A stretch of DNA of 53,530 nucleotides, the filler included, from Sphacelaria rigidula (taxonomy: Eukaryota), in assembly GCA_964200075.2 (NCBI GenBank). It is 4 parts of 4 records of this genome, joined end to end, with 100 filler letters (N's around TTAATTAATTAA, not from the genome) between each part and the next. Parts side by side here need not be neighbours in the genome. Positions count along the whole stretch, not along the records: positions 1 to 13,311 come from CAXNAA020002976.1; positions 13,412 to 26,718 come from CAXNAA020002977.1; 2 more parts are not named here. The stretch is one strand, 5' to 3'. The first letter of the stretch is position 1, and each line of letters starts with the position of its first letter. Below are positions 12,790 to 24,830 of this stretch, one piece after another. Position numbers and translations under genes: made by a program. Below the pieces are notes generated by a model. That model had not been told where the DNA came from and did not search any database. It worked only from the letters and a program-made list of their open reading frames with translations.

Positions 12790-13235
12790 TTCACGCTCTT
12801 GCAGTAGGATTGACACTCTGATGACGCTTCCCTGCCTGTTTTACAGCCTTCAACCAACAATCTGCGGCAGGTACTCCCGTCCCCTCGAGCAGAATAGCAG
12901 AACCTAACCGCAAGATTAGAACCAGTTCTACAGCACGATTGAGCAGACCCGCCGGTCCAACCAACACATTGACCGCTTCCAGATGAGCTTCCTATTCTCT
13001 GTTCTCAGTCGTATCAAAGACCGCCAATCTTGACCAAACGATGCTCAGCAAGGACTTTTTAGGCACGGGTCCGCCGTTATAAGGCATCAAGCCATCTCTT
13101 CTCATAAACATACTTGGCATGTTGGAGTCACGGATTGATCCAGCACTCACGCTGCGCGTCGAAGTTCGTCAAATTATCTTGCTCACTTGTGTCCTCGTTA
13201 GCAAATCAAAGGGGAACCGGATATATACTTGAACT
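12790..13235 (-). mobile_element. Possible highly decayed LINE (RTE-like) 3' coding remnant
   Basis: Minus-strand fragments FKYISG and GVPAADCWLKAVKQAGKRHQSV loosely resemble the RT-distal region of RTE LINEs. Many stops. Confidence 0.25.
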
Positions 13236-13240
13236 GCAGT

Positions 13241-13311
13241 CAGTCGCCCCGTTCGCTCAGTTGGTAACCTCGTAACCTTCTGATGGTTGAGTAGTGGGGT
13301 TCAATTCCTGG
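13241..13311 (+). mobile_element. SINE head, truncated by contig end
   Basis: CAGTCGCCCCGTTCGCTCAGTTGGTAACCTCG...GGGTTCAATTCC, the same head as the other copies. Confidence 0.75.
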
Positions 13312-13411
13312 NNNNNNNNNNNNNNNNNNNNNNNNNNNNNNNNNNNNNNNNNNNNTTAATTAATTAANNNNNNNNNNNNNNNNNNNNNNNNNNNNNNNNN
13401 NNNNNNNNNNN
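13312..13411. other. Artificial contig spacer
   Basis: N44-TTAATTAATTAA-N44 (stop codons in all six frames). Confidence 0.97.
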
Positions 13412-13496
13412 GGGGTACAGAACGATAGCGGAATCAACAGCAAGTGTCCAAAAAAAAAAAAAAAAAAAAAACGCCTGATAGGAACGCTAGAGCATC

Positions 13497-13642
13497 CACT
13501 CTGAATCTGAAACTACGTTCTGAATCTCACGAATATAGTGTTATTACTCCTCGAACTGTGGCCATGTCAAAATCGACGGGAAAATCAATTCTTTCGGGTC
13601 TCACTCTGAATCTGAAACACGCTCTGAATCTCACGAATATGG
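13497..13642. repeat. Direct repeat of ~43 bp containing repeated TCTGAATCT
   Basis: CACTCTGAATCTGAAAC(T)ACG(T/C)TCTGAATCTCACGAATAT at ~13497 and ~13602. Confidence 0.7.
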
Positions 13643-14912
13643 CGTTCAGTGTGGGCGACTGTCGATGGCCAGAACACGCGCCACAGGTATCAGATGACAC
13701 CCAATCCTGAAAGGTAATGTACCGCTGCACCTTCTTCGTGCACCGCAAAAAAAAACGCGTGATAAGATGCCTTGCCGCCTGAGGAAACTCGGCAAAACTG
13801 GTGAAAAAAGTGAAATGATACATGTACATACAGCATGTATATATTCAGGATGATGAGAAGATGGGCGCATCTACGCAAGGTTGGGCAAATATAAAGCAGT
13901 GGAGTTCGGCACGAGTGGATTTCGGCACTGGACAGGGGTTGCTCCGCCTCGCTGAATGCGCGTTTCTCGCTGGAGCTGAAGGCCTTTCACATTATTACTA
14001 CGACTATTTGTTAATGCAATGGTGATGATTATGCCGGCTCGAGCGAGAAAAAACGTCTCATCTGGTAGGCCGTAATATACAGCAATGTTACCTTTTCCCT
14101 CTCTCATGCCACCCCCACCCCACAAAGTTTTCGGCAGTCTCGTCTAACGCGTGCAAAAATCTAGGAAGAATTTTTTTTGTGCCCAAACACTTATCAACTC
14201 AACTCAGCAAAGTATCGAATTTTCCCGGCAAGAGCATACTGATTTATTTGATTTAATTGGTTGTCGCACTCAAACTGATATACTCAAAAATACAGTTGTA
14301 GCTATCGTGCGTAGTATGGGGTTTGCTGCACACGTCACACACACCTAGTCCCTGGACGACTTTACAAAATAGGCGGGTCTAACTCTCCAAACGGACTGAA
14401 CGAGCAGACCCGACATGTTCCGTATACGCGTTCCATCGCTGATACCAAAATCAGCGGGTGAAGCGGCAATTTATCCCCGTGTACCGTCACAACGGTCCCC
14501 ACTTACCGCACATCCTCAACTTGTGCATGGATAATTATAGGCAAGTGGATAATGTCGACATCGAGCCGAAGTCCTAACAAGTGCCTTGAGCACTCGACCC
14601 TCATTCAAATAAACAGAAACACTCGTGAAAGCTAATGGCCTTATAATGAAATCATTGGATAATGGAACATTGACAACTAACTGCTGTATGAAATTAATCG
14701 CCAATATCTCGAGTTTCATGGGGACACCACAATGTGAAACGTGAAGAATACGTTTGCAACTAGAAGGGAAAATGGACGAGACGACCCCAGCTCCCTCGCG
14801 AACCACACATGGAGGACAAAAAGGCTATAACCACATCACCCGACACAGCAATGAACAGAAACAAGCCGAGCGGGAGAAGTGACAACTTTAAAGTCACCGG
14901 ACACCGGCGAGA

Positions 14913-15340
14913 AAACGGAATTTTACAAATTGGGCATGGATCTTTTATTGGGGATAAAACCCAGAGAAGTAAAATCTTCGTCTTCACACCAAATCTTCAA
15001 AGTATGCTTCCATTCCTTCACTTGCTGGCAGCTACTGACAACTACTACACGCCATACAAATTTGGATTTCGATAATCGAAATATTAGGGCCCTCGGTGAA
15101 AAAACACTCTTGGCGTCCGATCAGACGCCAGAATCCCCCTAATTATGTTTTTCACCAAGGACCCCGACATTTCGGTTATCGAAATCCAAATTTTTAGGGC
15201 GTGTAGTAGTTGTCAATAGCCACCAGCGAGTGGAAAAATGGAAGTTTACTTCGAAGATTTGGTGTGGATACGAAGAATTTAATCCTGGGGGTTTTCATCC
15301 CCAATGAAAGATCCATCCTCAATTTGTAAAATCCCGTGTT
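14913..15340. mobile_element. Foldback MITE with ~190-bp inverted arms
   Basis: ACGGAATTTTACAAATTG...GGTGAAAAAACA is mirrored by TGTTTTTCACC...CAATTTGTAAAATCCCGT. The ORF track shows mirrored translations (14879+ and 15194-). Confidence 0.8.
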
Positions 15341-17866
15341 ACAAGGGTCGTCGATTCTTGTATCACTACACAGCACCGCGAACCGCTTTTCGAAGACTAT
15401 GATCGACGCTGCACTAGTGATGCACCCTCCTCTTCATCGACCTCCCCACTCATTTCCTCTCTCCCGCTCGCCGGATTCCTTGATGCGATGGCTCTTTGCA
15501 GGCAAAACGCGGAGACCCCGGAAAAAACGGTGCACAAAACTAGGCAGGCCCGTACAGGTTCGGGTGCCAATACTGATACAACGAACAGCGCTACCGAGAT
15601 GACGAGTTTACTTGCTGCAAGAACAAGCCCACGGATCTGTCAATATCAACACGTCAAGCGTAGGTCGACGGACAAGAGTGCGAAGGAGAACGGGGTGGTG
15701 AGAGGACCAGATTCAAGGGTGTGCTTGGGGTTTTTCAGCACGAACGGCACGGAGGGAAGTCAGTGTTCCGTGTATATTCGAATACTCGGCATCACGTGCT
15801 GCCGGAAAAAATGGCGTCTCTGGGAACACAACATCGCTTAAAGGCATGCTGCGAAAAATATCCCCAAGAGACTACCGCAGCGCTGGGGGTCGACTTGAGA
15901 GCGAAATAGCGCGGCCAAATAGACCCGCAAGTGGCGGCGGCCAGCCCCTAAGGGATGGCTACATGCGGCGTGATTCAGCTGCAGTCGTGATACCAATTTA
16001 GGCGGCTTGGTTTGGTTCAAAATAGCTTTAGTTTCTTCGAAATGTCGGGTTTTTGGCGCTTTTTTCGTGCGCCACGTGCAACTCGCCGTACGAGGCGCGG
16101 GCATGGCCACCTTGTGGGCTATGCGCCAGATTTTGGAACCATAAAACCTGCCCCGCCCTCCTGCGATCAGCGGGTGCCCATTCGACCTCTTGTTATTATC
16201 AAAACAATCTGCGTACCAAGTGAAATAAGGACCAAAATAAACCTTGAAAAAACACATCAAACCACTCAAAAAGACTTTCACCCAGTGGAAGCAATCAACG
16301 TAAAATGCAAACAGCAGCAGTGTGCCATGTGACGGTTCTCGTCAAATATCCGATCACATTTCGCGGGTGAACCTGGGACCTTTCCGACATACTCCTTCAG
16401 TTCATGCATAACTTGATCATAGGACGAACGATAATTCAAAATAGGCCATCCTAAGTGTTTCACACCCTGAACACAAATGCATTACACTGTCAAACAGTGT
16501 GCTACGCACAGTATCGACTATCGCGTCTATTGCAATAGGCAATAGATTCCACACAGCACGAAGTACACTCTTTGACAACGTCATGTATTATTGTCCACGG
16601 TGTAAAGTGTCCTCGACTTTATTCGTTTGGATTTCTAACGGCACAATACGCCGAATTTGTCAGGGCACCGCGGGGACAACTACTGTACTCTCTTTCGAGA
16701 TGGCGGGTTCAAACACTCAGTAGGATCTCAATCCACAACCTGTACGTGGGTCACAAAATCCGAGCTCCGGGCACGTACTACGCGCATGTTGGCCTCGAAG
16801 CATTGGTGCCAACGTACCGCATCAGCGTCAAGCCTGCTGGAGACCAGTAGTTCTGAGAACTCGGTACGTCTCCAAGTCCTACGAAAATTGACAGAATTTA
16901 GGTACGACTCAGCTCTCGTTTTGCAAAGCTTGACAACTTGGGGCGTTCTTGGGGCCAGCAAACCGCTGCGGGATGGTCCCTAGTAGCACGTACCACCATT
17001 TTGATTAAACTAGTGGAGTACCACGGGACGATCGTGCCACTTGCATGCTCCATGCGGCCATCAAACAAGATCTTCAGTGAGATGAACTCATGATTGGGCA
17101 TCGTAACATTTCGCAAAACTGCTCTCTTGGATTGTTCAAGCCACCTCCATGGTGATTCTCTCCGTGTTTCCATTCCGCCGTGACATAGCCCGTTTGCTCG
17201 GCTAAGTGGCCGCCGAGCTGCGAATCGCTGTGACGAATTTCGGTTTTGTATATCTCTCACGGCGCGATTGGATATGTCCACACTCTTCACCACGGCAGAA
17301 AGCACCATGACTACAGCTCAGATGTGTGCTTATGCATGGCACAGCGGCGTACAGAGACATGGCAGAAATGGCCACGTGGGTCACCTCAGTATTTTGTAAG
17401 TTACTTTTGAAATGACATGCTACCTTTTATAAGAAGCCTGAAGCTGCAGCGTCGCAAAATCAGCAAAATTTTGCAAAATGTATCTGTGAAGACGTTGCGC
17501 CACACTGCCGCGTTTCGTTGCTGTTCCATTCCAATATGAGGTTTCAGATACCCCTCCACCCCCCTTGTCTTCATGTTTCGCCGCCTAAACTGGGACCCCG
17601 TCCTAACCCGGCGAAACGCAGCCACTTGAAAATGCTACTGTTCGGATCTGTGCGCAGCAGTTTTGATCGCTCTCAGGAGGTGTACTCATGAGCTTGCATG
17701 CCGTGGTCATATGACACTTGACCTCGCTCTCAGAGGGGAGGGGGGACACGCAAAGCAAGATCGCATCGGCGTCAAAACCTTCTTGAGTTGGCACTCTTGA
17801 GTATTTCTCGCGGCTTTGGTACATCTCCCGCTTACGCACTGCAAAACCCTTCACCGTCAGACTCAC

Positions 17867-19541
17867 CTCCTGGGGGACGTACTTGCTGCGTATAACCCCC
17901 ATGCCGTTCAGGTACACGCCCACGCACAGCTCGAACCCCATCAAAAATAACTGAATTCCAGGCAGCTTCATGAAAATCGCCCAAGTCAGCCCACAGAAAC
18001 ACAAAAACCCCATTGCGCACGCCCACACGCACATCCGCTCAGCAGTCGCCCCTGAGTACAGGGCCGTAATGAGCTTGAACGACACAGATCCGATCATAAC
18101 ACAACCCAGCAGCTGAGCGAACGCCAAACCCCAAGGAGTTGCCGATGTCGGATAATAAGCCGCGGAGTTCAAGAGCGGCGTCCAGAGCAGCGCAAACCCA
18201 AACATGGTCGCTTCGAAGAGCCCCTGCGCGGCCGCAATCTTGGCCACCTGGGACCCGCCTGGGCCTGAAACCGCTGACCAAGCGCGGGAAACTAGTCGCC
18301 CGGTAGCCGCAAATGTAGGGCAGGATTTATTCGCGTCTCGCCGCCAGCCGATTACCTGGAGGCCGTTGACTGCAACGATGACCAAGGAGAGCTTGAAGGG
18401 CCCGACGTTACCCCCTGCTAAGTCGTGCGCCACCGTGGCCAAGGGACCGACAGCGATCGCGAGTGCGCCCATGGCGACCGAGAGCTTGTTGAACGTATGC
18501 GTGAACCAGTCCAAGGGGAAGCCCTGCCCAACGTGCTGCAATCATTTTATTTCCCCCCACGCCAACACAAACGAATAAGCGGGTGTATCAACAGAAAATG
18601 CGGAACACACGATTTAGCTCAAAAACGCTTCGGAAAAAATACTGGATTTACAGGATCATACATAGTCCCGCTTTGCTAATCGGGGTGTGATATTCTCAAT
18701 AAGAACAGGTTTCTGAAGCACCCCCGAGTGTTCAAGGGTCGTGTAGAGCACAAGGTACGGGCATGGGGCCATCTGACTCCACGTTCCGAGCCATTTCCCT
18801 GGGAAGCATTCGGCGTACTGACCCCTTGTTGGCCCAAGATTCCGACGTGTGCTCTCTTTCGTCTAATGCCAAATGGACAACCCCTGTAGCTGTTCCGGAT
18901 CAACGGTACCCTGGTGTTCTCTCAGGGTGTCTTCGATTCGTGACGTGAACAAACGCGCACTATGATGGTATGAGAACAACTGAGACATGCGGACTATGCA
19001 TTTTGTAGTGATACATGCGGTGATCGCGAAACAAGGATTGGCCCACTATAACACAACAAGAAACAGCCCGCTCGCAAGGTAAGGGCGCTCTCAAGAGGAA
19101 ACTACTATACATCGTACGCGCTGTTCGTGACTGCTGGTGAGTCTACCATACGCGAGCCTTGTGATTGCGGGATAAGGCTATCGCGCATTCAAATTCAGCC
19201 GTGGCCCATCCTGTTCACCTGCTCCACCATCCAGGCCTCGAAGGACGCGTGCAGCAAGGCCGCGGAAAATCCGCCAAGTACTCGACTCGTCACCAACCCA
19301 CCGAAGGCGGGGTGTACCAGAAACGCTGCAGATCCCGCCTGTAGCACTAGGCATGCAGCGCAACGCAATTTATGCGGGACATAGCCTCCGATGAGCTCGA
19401 GTAAAACTGAGAGAGACAGTTGCGACGCGACCCCTGCAAGGTACATCCGCACGACGAACTTCTCCGGGTGGTACTTGATCAGAACCAGGAAGAGGTAGGC
19501 CTGCTGCAGCCAGTCCGTAGCCAGGGCAGCCAGGTATACCC
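17867..19541 (-). CDS. MFS molybdate-anion transporter (MFSD5/MOT2-like), partial; exons 19541-19219 and 18535-17867
   Basis: Spliced translation gives VYLAALATDWLQQAYLF...SRVLGGFSAALLHASFEAWMVEQ|HVGQGFPLDWFTHTF...QGLFEATMFGFALLWTP...GFELCVGVYLNGMGVIRSKYVPQE, which carries MFSD5-family motifs (DWLQ, FEAW, FE..M..F..LWTP, FE.CVG.Y). GT-AG boundaries are phase-compatible. Terminal exons not confidently located. Confidence 0.85.
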
Positions 19542-20256
19542 CTGCGATGACGTAGCATACGCAACACCCACGCGAGACACCAAAATGTGGAAATCAAAGT
19601 CGGTGCGTATAGTACTGTTGCTGTCGCTCAGCTTGGTCTGCCCTTGTGTGGTTAGGTTCGAAGATATGGCGCTCTCGAGTACACGAGCACAAACGAACAT
19701 AAAAAATAGAAGGGAGCAAAAGAAAACAGATGCTGTTATTTTGGCAGTGATGCAACGACTAAACGTCAGTCACTTGTACGTGCGTGCGGGACAGACCGAT
19801 GGATCGCGGTGCTTTGAAATACAGTACATACAACCGACGTAGCTGTGGGGCTCATGTCTTGGCACCAACATGGTAGAGGAATCGTAACTCCCACTGATGG
19901 AACAACACATAGCGATCAGCTGATGAGGTTAGGCACACAGAGTCGGGCGAACGAGCCTAGCGGGAATCTCAACGGAGAGTTTGGCCACATAGCAGCACAG
20001 CAAGTGCACCGTTGGGCCCAATGTTTCATGGGGACACAGATGTTTGACGGTGGTTTGATGAGGATTAATTTACATGAGAGGTGAGCACACTGTCTGCCCC
20101 CGCTCTTCTGTCCGCATTTGCGCGCCCTCCACGCAAGTTGTTCTCATGACTCATCGGGTGCAGCCGTCAGCGGGGGAGTTCTTCGGAGAGGACCGTGTGT
20201 GGTGTTACGATCCGAACGATGAACAGCAGAATCGCATTGTGGGTGATTAAACTCAC

Positions 20257-20308
20257 GAGGAGAACGAAACTGTCGAGCTCGGTGATATGAGCATCGGTGA
20301 TGGCGATC
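20257..20308 (-). CDS. Candidate short upstream exon of the MFS gene
   Basis: CAG|G ATC GCC ATC ACC GAT...TTC GTT CTC CTC|GTGAGT (IAITDAHITELDSFVLL), with C/G-ending codons. Phase requires another exon between it and 19541. Confidence 0.3.
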
Positions 20309-20567
20309 CTGCTGAGGGAACAATCTGCCTCAAAACCTTATACTGCCCTGCTCAGGGGAGATGCAAAAAGTGTCGCGAGCGGAAACAGTGGCGAGGAGAA
20401 GCGCCGTTGCAATGGCTTGGGATGTTGGAGAATGCGGGAGGTCGGGTGCATGAACTACAGGCTGGTTCACGGAAAAAAAAAAAAAACTGTCATCAGCAAA
20501 TGCTTTCTGCAATACGCACCCAATAGTCGCATACATGATATCATACTGACCGCAATAAACAGACGAA

Positions 20568-21163
20568 CAGGGTCACATCGCCGGAGTTTTTTAAAGGCTA
20601 TAACGGTGGCGCCTTTCAAACTGTTCCGAAATTGAAAATACGAATTCCAAGCCCAATTTCCGCCGGATCCCCACATGCATCAAATCGTAGTGACCGTCAT
20701 CACCTCAAGAATCTAACGGGAGAAACGGATTTGAAGACGGTTCCAACGGGGTCGAATTATACCCGAAACCGTAATGTTTCGGTGATGAGGAGTTTGGCGT
20801 CATCTAATTTCCACTCATGATACGCAGGAAAGACTCAGGGAGTCTCGTGACGATTTCCCTTGTATATGTTGTAGAAAAGCTCAGATCATCCTCAAACTTG
20901 GCAGTTCCGCAGGTATTGATACTCCAAATGGAAAAATTGTGTTCTAGGCAGGGGTTCAAAGTTTCTCCGTTCTCTACCCGATTCCGGGGGTCCCAGTACA
21001 AAGACCCCCGAAAGGCGGTACAGAATGGCTCAAAGGAAAAAATAATATGATGCGTCCCAGGATGGTCCAAGGAACACACGTACAATTTTTGGTGGAATAA
21101 CTCGAAAATCTCATACAATTTTTCCTGCTTTGACGTAAAATTCACCCAAAAATATGTTTTCAT
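20568..21163. mobile_element. Probable non-autonomous DNA transposon fragment into which the hAT inserted
   Basis: Starts CAGGGTC followed by non-coding sequence. Shares a CGGGGGTCC motif with the MITEs at 24281 and 51774. Other end not seen. Confidence 0.35.
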
Positions 21164-23150
21164 CAGTGTTGCATATCGGGTATCGAATATCGATATGATT
21201 TCGATAAATATCGGCGATATGCCATATCGGTATCGGAGCGTAGAAAACCGATAAATGTGATATTTATCAATATCGAATATCAATATCGAATATCGATCGA
21301 TATTGATATTCTCGATATTTATTTTCATTTTTTGTCACATTAGCTCAATTTCTCGAAACCGTCGTCACAGTAAACGCAGGGGGGGGGGTGGTCTTTCCCG
21401 AACGGCGGATCCCCAGTCGACGACCCTGGCAGCCCCCCACCCCCCCATCAATCACTCCACAAGCTCCCCTTCACACATACAACACACAACACACAACACA
21501 CAACACACAACGCAGCTACATCCCACTCAGCGTCTGTGCAGCATGAGCCTTAGGTCTTTCTTTGTCGCCGGCCACAGTGCAGACTCTGCAGTTGATGTTT
21601 CTGCTGAGCCTGCTGATGCTGCTGCCGTATCTCCAACAGCCGCCACTGTGCCCGCGTCTGAGCCTGCTGCAGCAGCAGCAGCTCCAGCGGCCGCCCCAGT
21701 GCCCGCATTACCGATTAGATAGAACCAGCATGAAGAAGACGGTCTATCCACGGAGCGAGGGGATCCCGCAAACTTCCCACTCAACCCTTCACTCAAAGCT
21801 TAGGTCTTCAAACACGGGAATTGGAGGCGCTCCGTCGACAAGAGGTCGGCTGTCCGCCCGGTCGCAACCTGCAGGATGGTCGTCCCATGCGCAGGAAATA
21901 CGACCAACCTCGACTGGCACACACGGAAGCATCACAACGACTTATTCGAAGAACAGCAGCGGCACAAGGCGTCACTGGAAAACCCGAAAGCGGGAACGCA
22001 GCTCAAGTTCGAGTGAGTTTTGTTTCCACGTGTTGCAACGGCTGTTCCTGTCTGGAATCCATTTATTATTTGAAATTTCAAAATTGGAAGCAACGGCTGT
22101 TCCCCCTTTGAATTCAAGTATATTTTTTGAAAAAATTGCAGACGTCTTGTGTTGTGCTGTATGCTGTGTACTGGAGTGCTGGGTGTTGAGCAGGTCGGCA
22201 GTCGTGTGTGCGTGTGAGGGCGTGCGAGAGAGATGTACGTGCATATTTTGTGAATTTCGATCCAAAACGGAATTGAAAGGGAAAGTTAAGACAGCCACTT
22301 TTCTCTGGACTTGACTGTTTTTCACCGTTCTTGAAAAAAAATCTTGTTTGGCCGAAATAAAAACTGAGGCCACCGGAAAACGGGAACATGTCCTGGAACC
22401 GCCTCAACTGTTAGAGCAAGCCATCCCAAGGTGTCAAATTCCGCCTAGCTCTATTTTGGGGCGTAAAACGGCGTGAAAGCTCCAAAAAGGCACTTCTGCA
22501 GGATTTTATTTGTCTGTTATAAGGAGCGGCCTGAGCCGTGCCGAAATGTTTTTTTTTGTGCAAAGGAGGTGTACACATGTAAATAAAGGGCGAAACAAAC
22601 TCCCCCGGCGGTTTTGTCGTTGGTTCGTGACCTGCATATTTCATCTTGCGAATCCCTCACCAAATAGTTGACAATACTTGCGATCTCGTTTCCCCTCATG
22701 TTTTTACCCGTTTCAGGCCGACATCTCTGACCCAAGAAGCTCTCATTGGGGCGTTGGCGGAGCTCGTTGTTCTGGACCAGCAGCCGTTCAACAATGTCGA
22801 CGCGCCCTCTCTCGAGAACTTGGTTCGAGTTGCTGCCAACGACGCCAGTCTCAAGCTCCCTTCTCGCAACACCGTTCATAAACGCGTGTGCACGATGGCG
22901 ATATCTGCGGAGGAGAATCTCCGGGGCCAGCTGCAGGGGAAACACCCGGCTCTCACAACGGACATCTGGACTTCCAACAGCGGGGTAAGTCATGTCAGCC
23001 AGGACCACACGTATCCACAGCTATGATTGTGATGTGCATTCAGCCTGAAGGGGAAGGCCGGCGGCTGGCCTTTGTCCCTGTTTCTTTTATCGGTAGGCCT
23101 AGGCTGCATCTGTCATGTGCCCACCTTACCCCAGCCAGGCCGACGTCCGT

Positions 23151-23505
23151 AAATTTCCACACGTCGGACGAGCACGAGTGTGAGTCGTGGCACCAGCACT
23201 TGTTTGGCTGCTCGTTGGGCGTGAAAATCAATAGGGTGACTATTCGAGTCATTGCTTGCTGTGGAAAACATTAATAGGGCGAGCACTCGAGTCGTTCATT
23301 GTTCCTTGTGGAAAAAATTAATAGGGCGAGCACTCGATTTAATGCTCGTTGTGGGGAAAACTATCAGGGCAAGCACTCGAGTTCGTTGTAAAAAAATGTG
23401 ATGACTCGAGCACACGAGTCATGCTCGTTGTGTGATTAAAAAAACATCCACGGGTGCACTCGATTCGACGAGTAATTACTCGTCCGACGTGTGGAAATTT
23501 CACTG
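23151..23505. mobile_element. MITE in hAT intron 2
   Basis: Perfect 22-bp inverted repeat AAATTTCCACACGTCGGACGAG (23151-23172 / 23479-23500). Right end extends to CACTG. Interior has repeated GAGCACTCGA motifs. Confidence 0.75.
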
Positions 23506-24280
23506 ATGATTTTTCCCAAGTGCTTGTGCATTCATGTATGCAGAATGCAGAACACGTGTACATGTTTTTTTATTACTTTTTTGGTGCAAACCCCTGGCCT
23601 AGCGCATGTTTAGGGTCCACCATCCGCGATACAGACGTCTGCTCCCCTCCCACTCCGACTGTTTCCCCTCATGCTTCAATATCGTGCTCTGGTGTGACCC
23701 AACGCCCTCTCTCCCACTCCTTGTGCTGTATGATGTTCCCGCCCGCAACTCTCGATCTGAACCCTCCTACTGACAGGTTCCGTTCATGGCCGTGACGGGA
23801 CACTGAATTTCTGAGGATCACCCCCGAGCTCGTGTCGACGACCCTTTCATGCGTCGAGTTCCGGGGTAGCCACACAGCCGAGCGTCTCGCCGAGAAAATC
23901 ACCGAGGTGATGGCGGCGTACGGCATCACGGATACCGCCGTCGCCTTAACGACGGACACTGCGGCGGACATTAAGAAGGCCGGCACGAAGCTCCTCGCCC
24001 AGGAGTGGATTCCGTGCACTTGCCACCTGCTTCAGCTGTGCGCCCTTAAGATATTCAACCAGCCGAGCGTCAAGGCGACCTTTGCCAAGCACAACAAGCT
24101 GACCAACCACCTCCACTCGTCTACGTCGTCTTCGGAGAAGTTGGCCACGATTCAACAGGTACGTGCCAGTGGTTTTGTCTCGTAGACACCCCGAGGGAAA
24201 GATGAACTGCCACCACTTGCACATTTTCTGCCCAGAATACCACGTGATTTTTCTAGTGAGCAGGCGCATCACGCATTGTA

Positions 24281-24830
24281 CAGTGGTGGGCGGTCTAACT
24301 CTTTAGCGGGGTTTTGGGGTTTTCCTAGGGTACTACTCTTCGATAGAACCGGAAACTGCTAGCGTCGGAAGATTTAGGTACAAAGAACAAACCATCCTCA
24401 AAACACAGTGCCCAAGTCAGTGCTAGTTGGTGTTATCGGGCGAAAAGAGTAAATACCCCGTTCATCAGGAGGGTATTATTGACCGTGAAACACAGTTTAT
24501 CGGCTCTAGTGCAATGAGTAGGCAGAGTTTCAAAAAAATAAAAATGTACATTTTTTCGACAATATGTTCGGGACAGGCTCGATCGACCGAAAATACCGAA
24601 AAGTTAGAATCTAGGCTGGAACGTCGCAGGACCCCCGACGACCGGTCAGCCCGTAAATCGCTGAATATTGAGTACGGATAAATATTTTTTCTTGGAAGGT
24701 GGAGCGGATACAAGTATCTTCAGATCTCCAATGTGATAAGTGGTGGCAAGCGAAAAGAGCCCAAGAAAATCGCTAATTACGAAGAAATCACAAAATGCCA
24801 AAAAATGAATAGTTAGATCGCCCACTACTG
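24281..24830. mobile_element. Tc1/mariner-type MITE in hAT intron 3
   Basis: TA|CAGTGGTGGGCGGTCTAACT ... AGTTAGATCGCCCACTACTG|TA (20-bp TIR, 2 mismatches, TA TSD). Confidence 0.85.

Noticed and set aside
13356-13367. TTAATTAATTAA as a piggyBac target or regulatory site
   Set aside because: Identical 12-mer centred in each N spacer; it is a synthetic linker.
17603-17866. C-terminal part of the 312-aa ORF
   Set aside because: It follows the donor GAG|GTGAGT and loses family similarity; this is intron read-through.
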